Source of the DNA: a virus
Taxonomy: Duplodnaviria; Caudoviricetes
IMG/VR virus record: IMGVR_UViG_3300043436_000184
Location: 1-44,889 of that record
DNA length: 44,889 bases
Direction: 5' to 3' (one strand)
Shown: positions 17,101 to 27,541 of the stretch, piece after piece
How positions within the stretch are numbered: position 1 is the first letter of the stretch
How the letters are laid out: each line of letters begins with the position of its first letter
Position numbers and translations under genes: made by a program
Notes under the pieces: model-generated
The model's database searches: none
Told to the model about the DNA's origin: nothing
Seen by the model: only the letters and a program-made list of their open reading frames with translations

Positions 17101-19325
17101 GCTGGCAGAAGCTTCTCTGCCTTGGTGTTACGAGCTACTTGGCCTTTACCAACCGTTTTGCGTCGTGCTCTTTGCACACGATCCATCATCGCGTATAGCT
17201 TACGTGCACCGGCTTCGGTTGAACCATTTCCGATTTCGGACACAATACGTGCGGGTACCACAAACTCACCATCAGCAAGACGAGCAGGTTGCCTGTTACC
17301 AATAGAAGCAGGGATAGAATCCGAAACTCCATCACCGGGTCCTTTCAAAAGACGACCACCATCAGAATAGCCACCCAACGAAGACAAACCACCCACATTA
17401 CCACCTGCTGCGTACCCACCATAGCCACCCATCCCGCCTAACTGCTGGTTCATGTAGTCATAAAACCCACCAAGACCAAGCTGCTGTTCAGGCGTTTGGT
17501 ACGCCGGGATATTTATGTTGGGTATAAGCGGCTGCGACGGAGATGTTGGCTGCGTTACTGACTGCATTACTGGCTGCGCAATACCACCGGTCACTGCGCC
17601 GTTTGCGGGCATAGATGTATCGACGGGGGCTCGATTTGAACTATTCCCTTCGTTCCAATTTGTTATGCTTCTTCCCTCACTATATGGAGTGCTGTTTCGT
17701 CCAGTAGCTACAGGCTGCGGTCTACCCGTCTGTGTAAACTGCATAGTCGTTGGGTCGTAAGAATACGTATACCCACCTTCCGTCTTGGCTTCTCCACCTC
17801 TAGCGAACCGTGCTTCGCCACTGTAAGTACCTACACCTGCATCGGCTGATGGGGCAATTACGTTCGTAGCTTCGGGGCGTTGCATCGCAGGGTTAGAATA
17901 CATTGGCGTATTGATGTTTGCCATAGGGTACCCAGTATTAGCACCGATAGCGTTTTGGGCTGACATACGCTCAACAGAACCGCCAACAGCGTACCCCATC
18001 AAACCACCTTTGGCTGCATACTCAGGACCCGGCGCTGCATAAGGGGTAAGTGCCGTAAACGTTGGCTGGAAATATGTGCGCTCTGCGCTGCCAGTGTAGG
18101 GTTCTTGTTCAATACCGGTTGGGCTGTACGCAAATTCGTACGGACGGACTAACGACTTATCTTTTTTAACTTTGGCCGGTTCGGGCTTCAATGCATCCGC
18201 CAAAGCTATACCCGAGGCAACTACAGAATATTGCGGCATGGCGTTGTACAGCCCTTTAAGCCCCTCAAAGTCTTTGGTAGAGGCTTCAAACCCGCGCCCC
18301 AATTGTGCCATGCGGTCTCTGAATGGGCCAGTAATTGACTGGGGTTGGGCTAATGCTGGATCACCGGGCAGCACATCAATTCGTCCAGCGGGTCTTCCTA
18401 TTGCATTTGACGTTGACGCTGGGGAAGCGTGTTTCGCCCCTTCTGTAAAATCCACGCCCTTATACTGCGCCAACCGATCTGGCTGGGCGTATATTGAAGT
18501 AGGTTTGGGGGTTAACTGCACCGCATTTTTATATTGCGTAAACCCAGTGTTGTCCGGGGCAAGAAGTCCTTGGTTGTAGGCATTGGTGCTAACCGGCGGC
18601 ACGTTTGTTGTTACAAACGCATTTGGGTCCGCCATATTGACAGGGGCGTTCGCTACAATTTGGGAGTTTCTAGCGGCTATATCAGTGGCATTAAACATCT
18701 TTCCGGGAGGGTTCATGCCCGTTGCAAAATTTACTTGTGGGTTTAGTAACGATTGATTAAGCTGAGATGAGGTCATGCCCGGAGCTGGAGGAGTATACGC
18801 CTGAAGCCCCATGTTGGGTGTTGCTGAGTTGGTTACCAAATTTGGCTGACCAAAAACTTGTGCTTGGGGTGCTATGTTGTTGTACCCAGCACCAATCTGC
18901 GAATTAGCCGTAGCGTTTTTACTAGCCAAGGCCACATCATCAACTGCTCCAGCCGCACCTTGCGCACCTTGTGACATCAACCCAGCACCCAGACCAGCGC
19001 CGCCATATGCGCCAATACCGGCCATGATGCCCTTCTTCAAGTCGCCAGTAAGTACAGTGCCCAATGCAGCAGACGCTACCCCCGCCTGCATAGCCGTCAA
19101 CCCAATCCCGGCAGGACCCAACGCAAAACCTGCAATCATTGGCAAGATGGACGACAGAAAGCCTGCTTCAGGCAGGCCAGTCTCTGGATTAACTGAGAGG
19201 GAGCCGCCATGTGCCATAGCTATGGATTGCAGCCCGTTGACCTCACCGGGGGTCATATGCACGAGGACTTTGTCCTCCCCGCGCCCGGCGCTCTGCAAAT
19301 GGTTGGCTAGTGTATGGAGGCTCAT
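17097..19325 (-). CDS. Putative internal virion protein with multiple phi-x-x-GG motifs
   Basis: N-terminal GRGEDKVLVHMTPGE...NPETGLPEA, a Gly/Ala hydrophobic stretch, and C-terminal GPGDGVSDSIPA...ARLADGEFVVPA. Confidence 0.6.
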   Translation of the reverse strand: MSLHTLANHLQSAGRGEDKVLVHMTPGEVNGLQSIAMAHGGSLSVNPETGLPEAGFLSSILPMIAGFALGPAGIGLTAMQAGVASAALGTVLTGDLKKGIMAGIGAYGGAGLGAGLMSQGAQGAAGAVDDVALASKNATANSQIGAGYNNIAPQAQVFGQPNLVTNSATPNMGLQAYTPPAPGMTSSQLNQSLLNPQVNFATGMNPPGKMFNATDIAARNSQIVANAPVNMADPNAFVTTNVPPVSTNAYNQGLLAPDNTGFTQYKNAVQLTPKPTSIYAQPDRLAQYKGVDFTEGAKHASPASTSNAIGRPAGRIDVLPGDPALAQPQSITGPFRDRMAQLGRGFEASTKDFEGLKGLYNAMPQYSVVASGIALADALKPEPAKVKKDKSLVRPYEFAYSPTGIEQEPYTGSAERTYFQPTFTALTPYAAPGPEYAAKGGLMGYAVGGSVERMSAQNAIGANTGYPMANINTPMYSNPAMQRPEATNVIAPSADAGVGTYSGEARFARGGEAKTEGGYTYSYDPTTMQFTQTGRPQPVATGRNSTPYSEGRSITNWNEGNSSNRAPVDTSMPANGAVTGGIAQPVMQSVTQPTSPSQPLIPNINIPAYQTPEQQLGLGGFYDYMNQQLGGMGGYGGYAAGGNVGGLSSLGGYSDGGRLLKGPGDGVSDSIPASIGNRQPARLADGEFVVPARIVSEIGNGSTEAGARKLYAMMDRVQRARRKTVGKGQVARNTKAEKLLPA

Positions 19326-19353
19326 CGTTACCTCATCCTGAAAAATTTGTCAA

Positions 19354-19362
19354 AGTTTATCA
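19354..19362 (-). promoter_or_regulatory. Possible extended -10 promoter for the internal-protein genes
   Basis: TG-A-TAAACT on the - strand in an AT-rich gap; no good -35 element. Confidence 0.3.
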
Positions 19363-19387
19363 TTTATGGCTACATCAAGGCCAAATT

Positions 19388-19687
19388 TTATATTTTCATC
19401 TTAAGAACATTACTTGCCGAAGTGTCCACATACACGTCACCAACCCGCAGGTTTGATAAGTCAGCTTGTGTTGGAAAACTATAGACAGTACCGCCGGAGC
19501 CATCTGGGCGGCTAAAGTTCAACGCTGCAATCACGTTGGCGGTACCCACCCCTTCCGCCGACCCAGCAATTGCACCGGGGTTGTTAAGCTGGTTGAAGTA
19601 CTGCCGCAGAATGTTGTTGAGTGTATCTTGATACGTCCGGTCGTACTCTACGGGGGCAAACGGAAGTGACGGTGCTCTTATAGGCAT
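19388..19687 (-). CDS. Small tail-associated protein
   Basis: 99-aa ORF whose ATG overlaps the stop of the upstream tail gene. Confidence 0.55.
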   Translation of the reverse strand: MPIRAPSLPFAPVEYDRTYQDTLNNILRQYFNQLNNPGAIAGSAEGVGTANVIAALNFSRPDGSGGTVYSFPTQADLSNLRVGDVYVDTSASNVLKMKI

Positions 19688-21918
19688 TAGTTTCTCCCAT
19701 CAGGACGAACATCAATACGGGGTACACCCAACTGCCATTGTGTGCCTACACTATTTGACTCAACCTTGAACGCCATCTGGCGACCCCGCACCCGGCTATA
19801 AATAATCTCCGTAAACTGCTGCACGTTGTAGGTTGTCTGCCCCGCGTAGTTTTGCGCTGACTGCACTGTTGGGGATAGCGCAGTGCCATATCCAGAACCG
19901 GGATTCTGTTTTGGGCGAACCGTAAACTGAACGTAAGGATTTACCGACGTTTCCCCGTTAGTGTCTGACCCGTCAAAAGTAATGTCCGGGATAATCCGCC
20001 ACACAAACCCGTAGTTGTGTCCATCCTCAATATCAAAGTCCGAAGACTGGATATATGCGTTAATCGGGCTAGGCGGGTTGGTTGAACCGTCATCCACTGC
20101 TGCTTCATGGTACACAATAATGTTGCCAGATGTTGCCGCCATAGGATACTGGCGCAGTGGGGAATCTAACCAAGCCGTACGATCTAACGTGCCGTAATAC
20201 CAAACACGATCCAAATAATTAAAAATAACGTACCGGTCAATGACATCACTATTTTTGGAACAGTAGTTCCACCACACCTCAGAGTAGCCCTCGTTGGTAC
20301 CAGCGTTAAACTGCGCTTCCTGATCTTTATTAATGTCGTTGAAGATGAATTGACGCACCGAGCAAGGTAGTGTCTCAACCCGACCCGAGTAAACGTAGAA
20401 CTTATCCACACCCATCCAATACACAACCCCCGCCGCAGTTGCCATAGCGTTAGGTGAAACGATAGAAATGTTGTCAGACAAAAGTGTGAAACCGTACACA
20501 AACGGTGGGCCAAGATATTGCATGGAGTAAATCGCTGCGTCAGTCCAAACTAGAATTTCCTGACGAGTCTGCAATGCCCCGACAATTTCTGAGCCGTTAG
20601 ATAAACGCGTATCCCCGGCTTGATTAGTTGCAGCAGGGGTCCAGTTCGTATAGCTCTCTTGCGCTGTCCATCGAATAAGCAGTGGGTCAAAATCCGCCGT
20701 ACCATAAGCCCCGTAATCGCTGCACCCAAAAGCAATCGTAATACGTGATGTGTCAGACACCATGATTTGGTTAATCTGAGAAGGCACGTCTGTACCGGTA
20801 ATCGCCGTACCACGCGTACCAAATGCAGGGGTCGCCCCAGCGCCGGGGTCCCACGAATAAAGCGCGAAGCCACGGGGGTTGAATAACAAAATTTGACCAA
20901 AATTAGCTTGGCTCCATAAACGCAACTGCAAGCCAATAACAGGGTCTAGGGTATACGCTGTGCCCCATCCTCGGGCGCTACTTGCCGTACCTAACGTACT
21001 GCTTGGGTAATAAACTACAACAGTACCGCCTTCAGAAGCATCGGTTGCAGTAGCTGCAACAGGCGAAATAATTGTGTATGTGTTTGTGCCCGTGTTTGTT
21101 ATTTGGAACGCTCTTATCAGCGGCGTATCCAACGGGGAAGTCGTATTAGGGATACCGCCAACACTTGTATCACTGATTGACGCAAAATAAACATACTGCC
21201 CCGTGGTCAAACCGTGCGAGGCTTGAGTCACAGTAATAGTGGTAGACGTATTTGTTGTAGCGAACGGATTAGTAAGCGTTGCCGTTAAGTACGGCGACCA
21301 AGGGCCAGCACCCCAACCGGTACCTGTGGTGAAAATATTTGCACCTGTGCTTATCTGATAAGCAATCGTTAGCCCAGTCATCGTGGAGCTAGACGCAGTA
21401 GTATTAGCCGTGACGGATAGTGTTACTTGGTATTGTGTGCCAGAAATAACATTAACAATCTGAAACTCGTTATTAAGTACCGCCGCTGTAACATTACCGC
21501 CAAGTGTTGTGGCTCCTGCGAGTGTTACAAAATCATTTACCTGCAAAGACTCAGCATTAGTATCTGTAATCGTTAGCAAGTTTGACCCGCTAGTTACCGC
21601 AAGCGTAATTTGGTTTGAGGGGTTAGTATTGGTTTCACGGATAGGTGTGATGTCGTAATATTCCCCGCCGTTTTCCACATAGAACTTCAGGCTTGTACCA
21701 ATACCCAAAAGATTAAAGTTCTTGAGTGTCACCCAATTCCATAGCGACCTACATACCCCAAGGAAGGTGGTGTAAGACAGCGCAGCCCAGCCACCGATCT
21801 TTTCAGGATACCCAGAACGAAACCGTACCTTGTCGCAGTCAAACCAGCCGCCCTCGTTGGCAAGTGACGTACCTTCGCGGTTTACACCGGGCCTGAATTG
21901 TAGTTTTTGCAGGGGCAT
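19687..21918 (-). CDS. Tail nozzle/DNA stabilisation protein (P22 gp10-like role)
   Basis: Start MPLQKLQFRPG at 21918. Trp/Gly-rich beta-propeller-like repeats, VRFRSGYPEKIGGW, C-terminal GVPRIDVRPDGR. Confidence 0.65.
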   Translation of the reverse strand: MPLQKLQFRPGVNREGTSLANEGGWFDCDKVRFRSGYPEKIGGWAALSYTTFLGVCRSLWNWVTLKNFNLLGIGTSLKFYVENGGEYYDITPIRETNTNPSNQITLAVTSGSNLLTITDTNAESLQVNDFVTLAGATTLGGNVTAAVLNNEFQIVNVISGTQYQVTLSVTANTTASSSTMTGLTIAYQISTGANIFTTGTGWGAGPWSPYLTATLTNPFATTNTSTTITVTQASHGLTTGQYVYFASISDTSVGGIPNTTSPLDTPLIRAFQITNTGTNTYTIISPVAATATDASEGGTVVVYYPSSTLGTASSARGWGTAYTLDPVIGLQLRLWSQANFGQILLFNPRGFALYSWDPGAGATPAFGTRGTAITGTDVPSQINQIMVSDTSRITIAFGCSDYGAYGTADFDPLLIRWTAQESYTNWTPAATNQAGDTRLSNGSEIVGALQTRQEILVWTDAAIYSMQYLGPPFVYGFTLLSDNISIVSPNAMATAAGVVYWMGVDKFYVYSGRVETLPCSVRQFIFNDINKDQEAQFNAGTNEGYSEVWWNYCSKNSDVIDRYVIFNYLDRVWYYGTLDRTAWLDSPLRQYPMAATSGNIIVYHEAAVDDGSTNPPSPINAYIQSSDFDIEDGHNYGFVWRIIPDITFDGSDTNGETSVNPYVQFTVRPKQNPGSGYGTALSPTVQSAQNYAGQTTYNVQQFTEIIYSRVRGRQMAFKVESNSVGTQWQLGVPRIDVRPDGRN

Positions 21919-21932
21919 GTCGTATCCGTTTA

Positions 21933-23315
21933 TTAATACCCAAATGCCAGCCAAGTTATACCGGGAATAACTGCTTGACTTAAACTTTCTGTTTCAAACC
22001 CTGTACTAGATTTTGCAAATAAAGCGACAGGCCCGTTATCCCCAGAAGCATCTCCGTTACCATAAATAGTTATTTGTACTGTGGCACAAGCTGATGGGAA
22101 TGCAATCGGGAATGTGTAATTCCTGTTTTCTCCTTCAGTCATATCAACAGTATCAACCCCCCACTGAATAATTAGTCCACTAGGTAATTTTTGGTACCCG
22201 TTAGTTGCGAACGATTTGGCAAACGACGCCAGAGTGCTTAATACAACCGCGCCGGTATCGGCAGTATCGGTTGTTGCTCCTTTGACGCTTAAAACCCCCG
22301 CGTTTGTAACAGTGGGGTTTCCAGATACTCCATTTCCGTTTGTTACGGTAATTCCAGTACCAGCGGTTATTGTTCTAGGTGTAACTGTTTTATCCGCAGT
22401 TCGGGAAAGTATGCCGTCAGCATTTGGATCGTTAATATAATCAGAGCTGGTTAAAGCGGCGGCTACAAACGCGGTTGTTGCAATCTGGGTATTGTTAGAC
22501 GTAGAAGGTGGTGTTGCAGTAAGGCTGACTCTGGATATTGTTTGCGTACCAGACTGACTACCCGTTGTATTGACCGCGCTTCCACTAGCCGAAGTTGTAG
22601 ATACCGTAAACGTAGTAGATGTCCAACTGCTAGTACGGACATAATAAGTTGTACCCGCAGTCAAGCCTGTAGGCAACGCGCCAGTTGTACTAAAAACAAT
22701 AGTAGCGCCGGGTTTTGGTGATACGCCGGAACTAACAGTGACGACCCCGGGGGTCGCAATACTAATAGTAACCGTCTGAGGAGTCGTATTCCCTAAAAAC
22801 GCAGAATCCGTAATTGTCGCGCTACCCCTAACTGCAATGTCACCGCCAGTAGAAACACCCGTATCGCCGAATGTAATATCACCGACAAAATGATTAATCT
22901 GCTCCGTGATGTCTGTGCCGTCACTTTGCAACAATACGGTTTTGCCCGGCGCTACTACTACCCCATCACCCCCCGGCACAGTAGAGCCTATCGTATCGGA
23001 ACAGTAAACGGTGGCGTTGTATGTTGTATCTGTATTTTTAAAAACGTAGAGCTTGGTTACTGGGGGAACATATATTTCAAAATCCCCAACGTAAGAAGTA
23101 CTTATAGCAAGCGCGGCGCAACGCGCCTGATCCGCACCCCCATTAACCGCAGTTAAAGCATACTTCTGAGTCGCGGTGTTATAAGCCACCAACCCCGAAA
23201 TGGCGTCTTCAATAATTGTGCCAAGATTTGAGTTAGTCGTAGTGCCCCACGTACCGGACTGCTCACCGTTTGCGATGATTTCGATCCGAAGATTGGTTGA
23301 GTATGAACTTGGCAT
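21933..23315 (-). CDS. Tail fibre protein
   Basis: Thr/Gly-rich, with TQIATTAFV and the C-terminal NGYQKLPSGLIIQWG...FPIAFP fibre-tip motif. Confidence 0.8.
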   Translation of the reverse strand: MPSSYSTNLRIEIIANGEQSGTWGTTTNSNLGTIIEDAISGLVAYNTATQKYALTAVNGGADQARCAALAISTSYVGDFEIYVPPVTKLYVFKNTDTTYNATVYCSDTIGSTVPGGDGVVVAPGKTVLLQSDGTDITEQINHFVGDITFGDTGVSTGGDIAVRGSATITDSAFLGNTTPQTVTISIATPGVVTVSSGVSPKPGATIVFSTTGALPTGLTAGTTYYVRTSSWTSTTFTVSTTSASGSAVNTTGSQSGTQTISRVSLTATPPSTSNNTQIATTAFVAAALTSSDYINDPNADGILSRTADKTVTPRTITAGTGITVTNGNGVSGNPTVTNAGVLSVKGATTDTADTGAVVLSTLASFAKSFATNGYQKLPSGLIIQWGVDTVDMTEGENRNYTFPIAFPSACATVQITIYGNGDASGDNGPVALFAKSSTGFETESLSQAVIPGITWLAFGY

Positions 23316-23327
23316 CGCTATTCCTTA

Positions 23328-23840
23328 TTAAGCCAGCATGGTTTCTGCGTGGGTCTTGGCTTCTGCCACCCGGCGCAGCCAGCCTTTACCGAACGTGCCA
23401 AACGTAGGCAGACTGCGGTAAAACGCTTCCTTTTCTGCACTGAATTTTGCCACTAATTCTGCCTGATTGGCATCTTTTAATGCTTGCATGGTCTTGGGGC
23501 CGATAGCGCCATCCGGGGTAGTGCCGATAGCTTTCTGCATGGTCTTGATTGCACGGCCGGGGCCAGCGTTGACTGCAAAGTCAAACATCAAATAGTCCAG
23601 ACCATCAGGCATCTCGTCAGCCTTGACCGCGTCCCAGTACTTCTTCCTGTACATCGGGCCTACCACTTCGGGTGTCAGAGCGCGCATTGCCTTTTCGTCA
23701 ACAGCATGGCCTACCCACTCTTCCCAGACTTTCTTGGTCACGCCCAGATTGGTCATGCCGCCGGGGTCTTTTGGGTGATTTACGAAGCCACCCTCGTGCT
23801 TCAGGATGGCCTTCAGAGCTTCGTCAAAGTTCTCTTTCAT
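23328..23840 (-). CDS. Endolysin, glycoside hydrolase family 108 with peptidoglycan-binding domain
   Basis: HEGGFVNHPKDPGGMTNLGVT, FDFAVNAG, DGAIGPKT and FGKGWLRR motifs. Confidence 0.93.
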   Translation of the reverse strand: MKENFDEALKAILKHEGGFVNHPKDPGGMTNLGVTKKVWEEWVGHAVDEKAMRALTPEVVGPMYRKKYWDAVKADEMPDGLDYLMFDFAVNAGPGRAIKTMQKAIGTTPDGAIGPKTMQALKDANQAELVAKFSAEKEAFYRSLPTFGTFGKGWLRRVAEAKTHAETMLA

Positions 23841-24247
23841 TTCTTTTCTTTCATATCGATGATCTTCTCAAGCGTTCTGCCGCCAAAGTAGAAGGACATC
23901 ACCAGCATCCCCCACTGGCCTAGCAGTTCAACGAATGCGTCAGCAACATCAATTAGTGCCGCGTCCAAAATAGCCAGCGCCATGTAGGCAACCAAGATGT
24001 ACAGAAGCGTCAACGGGCGGATGTTCTTGGACAGCCAGCTATCGCTCGACATGTCGGCCTTCAGCCGTTCGGTCAGATTATTCTGTTCGGTCTTGTACAA
24101 GTCCGTGTCGTTTGCCATTTTGGCAAGTTCACCATCCTGCGCCATCTTGGCGAGTTCCAGTTGCGCCTTGGCCTTGGCTTCTGGGTCAGGAATCAGTTTG
24201 TCGATCAGTTTGCCGCCGATACCCAGCAGCGCATCAAGTCCTAGCAT
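23837..24247 (-). CDS. Holin (3TM, GTA-holin-like)
   Basis: SDSWLSKNIRP, transmembrane segments and FYFGGR; coupled to the endolysin. Confidence 0.85.
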   Translation of the reverse strand: MLGLDALLGIGGKLIDKLIPDPEAKAKAQLELAKMAQDGELAKMANDTDLYKTEQNNLTERLKADMSSDSWLSKNIRPLTLLYILVAYMALAILDAALIDVADAFVELLGQWGMLVMSFYFGGRTLEKIIDMKEKK

Positions 24248-24248
24248 G

Positions 24249-24866
24249 TCAGCCTCCTTGTTGAAACATCCACCACATAACCCAGCAAAACGCAGCGACG
24301 ATACAGGTAACTACAATAACTGTTGCCGCTAACTCAAAGTGCGCAAGCATCTCCTGCTTGGCGCGGCGCTTCTTCATCGCTTCGGCCTTTTCGTGCAACC
24401 GCTTTTCCGTTTCCGCTAAGCGCAGAGCTTCTGCCTTTGCTTCACGGTCGGCACGGAGCTTGCCCATGCGTTGCCAGAACTCGTCCCACATCCCGGCCTC
24501 TTGGAAGTGGTAGGTAAAAATGTGTTTGATGTTGTCGTAGTACTGCTTGATCTGACGATCAATAATCATCAACTCCATGACGTACTCAGCATCAGACACG
24601 TAATCCGGCACGGGTTCGCCTTTTGCAACGGCTGCTTCTTGGGCTACCTTGGCCTCCTCAAGCTGGCTGCGCTTGGTTTCGTACTTGCCAGCCGCTGAGA
24701 AAAACTTGGTAACCCCCGACATAGAGTCGGCTAAATTTTTGCCAGACTCAACCGCGCCGTTGATTTCATCAAACGCTTCTTTAGCTAGTGCCGCTGCTTC
24801 CTTTACCCCGGTTACAACAGCTTTAACCCCGGCAACAGCTAGACCGATTGTCACAGGGTCAATCAT
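24249..24866 (-). CDS. Coiled-coil membrane protein in the lysis cassette
   Basis: MIDPVTIG amphipathic N-terminus, coiled coil and C-terminal TM helix. Confidence 0.65.
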   Translation of the reverse strand: MIDPVTIGLAVAGVKAVVTGVKEAAALAKEAFDEINGAVESGKNLADSMSGVTKFFSAAGKYETKRSQLEEAKVAQEAAVAKGEPVPDYVSDAEYVMELMIIDRQIKQYYDNIKHIFTYHFQEAGMWDEFWQRMGKLRADREAKAEALRLAETEKRLHEKAEAMKKRRAKQEMLAHFELAATVIVVTCIVAAFCWVMWWMFQQGG

Positions 24867-24869
24867 TTA

Positions 24870-24956
24870 TTACTCCAATTCAACGCCAGTAAGTGACTGC
24901 ATTACAGCCAGCCATAAAACCCCGATGACAAGCGCAAGTATGGTTAGGATCAACAT
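24870..24956 (-). CDS. 28-aa single-TM microprotein (absent from the ORF track)
   Basis: MLILTILALVIGVLWLAVMQSLTGVELE; TAATG overlap with the upstream ORF, and its end supplies the GGAG RBS of the next gene. Confidence 0.55.
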   Translation of the reverse strand: MLILTILALVIGVLWLAVMQSLTGVELE

Positions 24957-25117
24957 TACCAGCCCATAGCAACAACATCAGCGGCTCGATCAGGGTAGTC
25001 TGCAATGTACTGATCCTTGTCGGCTTGCAAATACTCCTTGGTTGTCCCATCCTCAAAAGTGATGATGAGCTTGTGTTCCGCATCTGGCGGTGTCCAATAG
25101 GTTAGTGTGTGTTCCAT
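24956..25117 (-). CDS. 53-aa hypothetical protein (absent from the ORF track)
   Basis: MEHTLTYWTPPDAEHKLIITFEDGTTKEYLQADKDQYIADYPDRAADVVAMGW; starts immediately after the tail fibre stop. Confidence 0.65.
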   Translation of the reverse strand: MEHTLTYWTPPDAEHKLIITFEDGTTKEYLQADKDQYIADYPDRAADVVAMGW

Positions 25118-27529
25118 TTAAACCACCTGATATTGAAATGTGTATGAATAAACTCTACTTGCAGCGTCAGCTACAATACCTACAAAGCTTGCTCTGTCAT
25201 TAGTGTTATCAGATGTAACGGAAATAGCATCGCCTTGCTGATTGTTGCATACGCCCCAGCAATTATTACTGATGTCACTTGCTATTGGCAGAGAAAACCC
25301 GAGGGTGATCGATCCTGTTGCTGTTGGATCAATAGTTACACGACCGCTTACCATCACCATGTTGCCAACTCTTGTGTAATAAGTAGTGCTTGGTGTGCTT
25401 GACGTAATGTTTGTTGTGTTAGTTAGAGTTGGCGTATACGTTCCTGATGAAACATTACCTATGTACGCATTTGCTAATGCGGCGGTTGTTGCTGTTGTTT
25501 CGCTGATACTAAATCCTGTATTAGCTTCAATGCTAACGGCATTTTCATCTATCAGAATTCTTGTTGCTACAGCACCAGTTGCGGCTGCTGTCTGCAATCG
25601 AATCGCACTTGGCGAGGTAGTTGAAGTCCATGTACCGGAAGCCTCTGCAAAAATAGCAGCCCCCAACAACATATCTGAACCACTACCGGAATAGCCTTCA
25701 AAAGTAATAATGCCTAAATTAAAGCCGCTTGTTGGAACCGTTCCAAAAGTTCCAACTGTTCCGCCGTTGAGCGACAAAAAGTTCAGGTTCGGCTCATCTG
25801 ATGTAGATGACCCCCAGTTAATTATTTGTACGTTTGCTGTTGCTTCGCTGATTCCGTGTACAGTAAAAGCACCTCTGTCACCATTAGATGTTAAAGGAAC
25901 AGTTGTTGGGAAAATAGTTCCTTGCGCTACATGAACACCCTGCAAACCATCTGCTGCGCCACTTGTTGAATAAACGCGTATCCTATCTCCTTGAGCATTC
26001 GCAGATGTGCCAGACGCTCCGGGCGTACCAGTTGCCCCAATTCCAACATAACCACCAAGTGCATTACCTGTACTATTGCCAGCGTAAATAGTTAAGTTTG
26101 TGCCAGCTATATTTGTTCCTGAGGCATCTGGCGCGCGCAGCGTGTTGCCTACTGGGGTCGCGCTTGCTTCACCTGAACCGACAATTACGTCACCAGAGGA
26201 GTCGATACGCATCCGCTCCGTAGGCGCGGAAACAGCCGCACTTGTACTAAACACCATTGCGTGACCATTATTTGCCCCACCAGTATTTACACCAGCAATT
26301 TCAACTGCTCTAGCTACACCGCCACCACCAGACAAATAAAGTGCCGCTCCAGAACCAGCAACGCCAGCAACGCCGCCTTGCAATAGGAGCGTATCATCCA
26401 CGGCACCGCTTGTCGTGCCCCCAACAACGTCTAACTTTATATCTGGCGAACTCGTACCAATCCCCACGTTGCCGGACGTATCAATCCGTATCCTCTCACT
26501 GCCTCCGGTGTAGAAGGTCATTGGCAGGTAAGTGCCGGAGCCTATTCTGTCTGCCCTGATAGTAGACTCGGTAGAATTTGTTGCAAGAGTTGTTCTAGAA
26601 GAATTTGTTGTGCTGGAAGTACCAAATGACTGAAAACTTGAATCAGTGCTGGTTCCGTTAGGTAGGGCAATAATAGCCGTTGCCCCATCCACTGTACTTG
26701 TCTGAAACGCTACACGGTTAGCAACTGTCGCATTGCTGAAGTCGCCAGTGATACGCGCACCTGTCGTGGCAATATTGACGTTGCCATCAGAACTAAGCTG
26801 CATTACTTCTGAATTAGCCCCATTCGATACGCTAACAAAACTTAACGCAGTAGCTCCTGCACTATTCAATAAGCCAAGACGAAAGCCGTTATTACCCAAA
26901 CCACTATTTACGGTGTTGCTATATGCACCGTCAACTTGAAAAAGTAACGATGCATCTTCCGTACCAGTATCACCAGAATTATCTCGGTCGCCGTTAATTA
27001 CAAGTACCGCAGTATCACCGCCACCAATAATGGCCCTCCCAGTAGTAGCAGTCGGGGCAATAGCAGTTAAAAGTTCCGTCGGCGAACTTGTACCAATTCC
27101 TAGGTTAGTACCATCAAAAGTTAGTGAAGTGCCTGTAGTTAAAGCACTCGTTGATGAGGCGTAAGGAATGCCGTTAGCTGTAAGGTTAGCAGCGGGGGAG
27201 GCGAGAGTAGTACCGTCAGCATAAACAGAGCGTTCAGCAGGGTACGTACAGAATACGTCTTTAGTGCCAGCGATGAACGGCACAAGCGCACCGCTATTTG
27301 AAGACTCTAGTACTGTGTCACGGGATAGTGTAGTGCCTGAAAGCGTGTAAGTGCCGATACCTACTTCCCACTCGCCGGTTGCAGCATCGACAATTGCGTA
27401 GTACGTAGTATTGGTGTTGCCAATAACGGAGAAAGATTGAAAGCCGGTGACCGGACCGGCTAATGTGACAGTACCTGTACCCGTAGTGGTTGTGGTTTCC
27501 CGTACACGATCTTTTACGACTAAAGCCAT
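25118..27529 (-). CDS. Long tail fibre/receptor-binding protein
   Basis: MALVVKDRVRETTTTTGTG N-terminus, repeated GIGTSSP and ER(I/M)RID(T/S)SG modules, C-terminal GTYTPT...YTRVGNMV. Confidence 0.8.
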   Translation of the reverse strand: MALVVKDRVRETTTTTGTGTVTLAGPVTGFQSFSVIGNTNTTYYAIVDAATGEWEVGIGTYTLSGTTLSRDTVLESSNSGALVPFIAGTKDVFCTYPAERSVYADGTTLASPAANLTANGIPYASSTSALTTGTSLTFDGTNLGIGTSSPTELLTAIAPTATTGRAIIGGGDTAVLVINGDRDNSGDTGTEDASLLFQVDGAYSNTVNSGLGNNGFRLGLLNSAGATALSFVSVSNGANSEVMQLSSDGNVNIATTGARITGDFSNATVANRVAFQTSTVDGATAIIALPNGTSTDSSFQSFGTSSTTNSSRTTLATNSTESTIRADRIGSGTYLPMTFYTGGSERIRIDTSGNVGIGTSSPDIKLDVVGGTTSGAVDDTLLLQGGVAGVAGSGAALYLSGGGGVARAVEIAGVNTGGANNGHAMVFSTSAAVSAPTERMRIDSSGDVIVGSGEASATPVGNTLRAPDASGTNIAGTNLTIYAGNSTGNALGGYVGIGATGTPGASGTSANAQGDRIRVYSTSGAADGLQGVHVAQGTIFPTTVPLTSNGDRGAFTVHGISEATANVQIINWGSSTSDEPNLNFLSLNGGTVGTFGTVPTSGFNLGIITFEGYSGSGSDMLLGAAIFAEASGTWTSTTSPSAIRLQTAAATGAVATRILIDENAVSIEANTGFSISETTATTAALANAYIGNVSSGTYTPTLTNTTNITSSTPSTTYYTRVGNMVMVSGRVTIDPTATGSITLGFSLPIASDISNNCWGVCNNQQGDAISVTSDNTNDRASFVGIVADAASRVYSYTFQYQVV

Positions 27530-27541
27530 AGCTATTCCTTA

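Noticed and set aside
19346-19362. TTTGTCA/TTTATCA direct repeat as a second copy of the 2729 operator or a response-regulator box
   Set aside because: Only a half-site matches, in an AT-rich gap; too weak to support.
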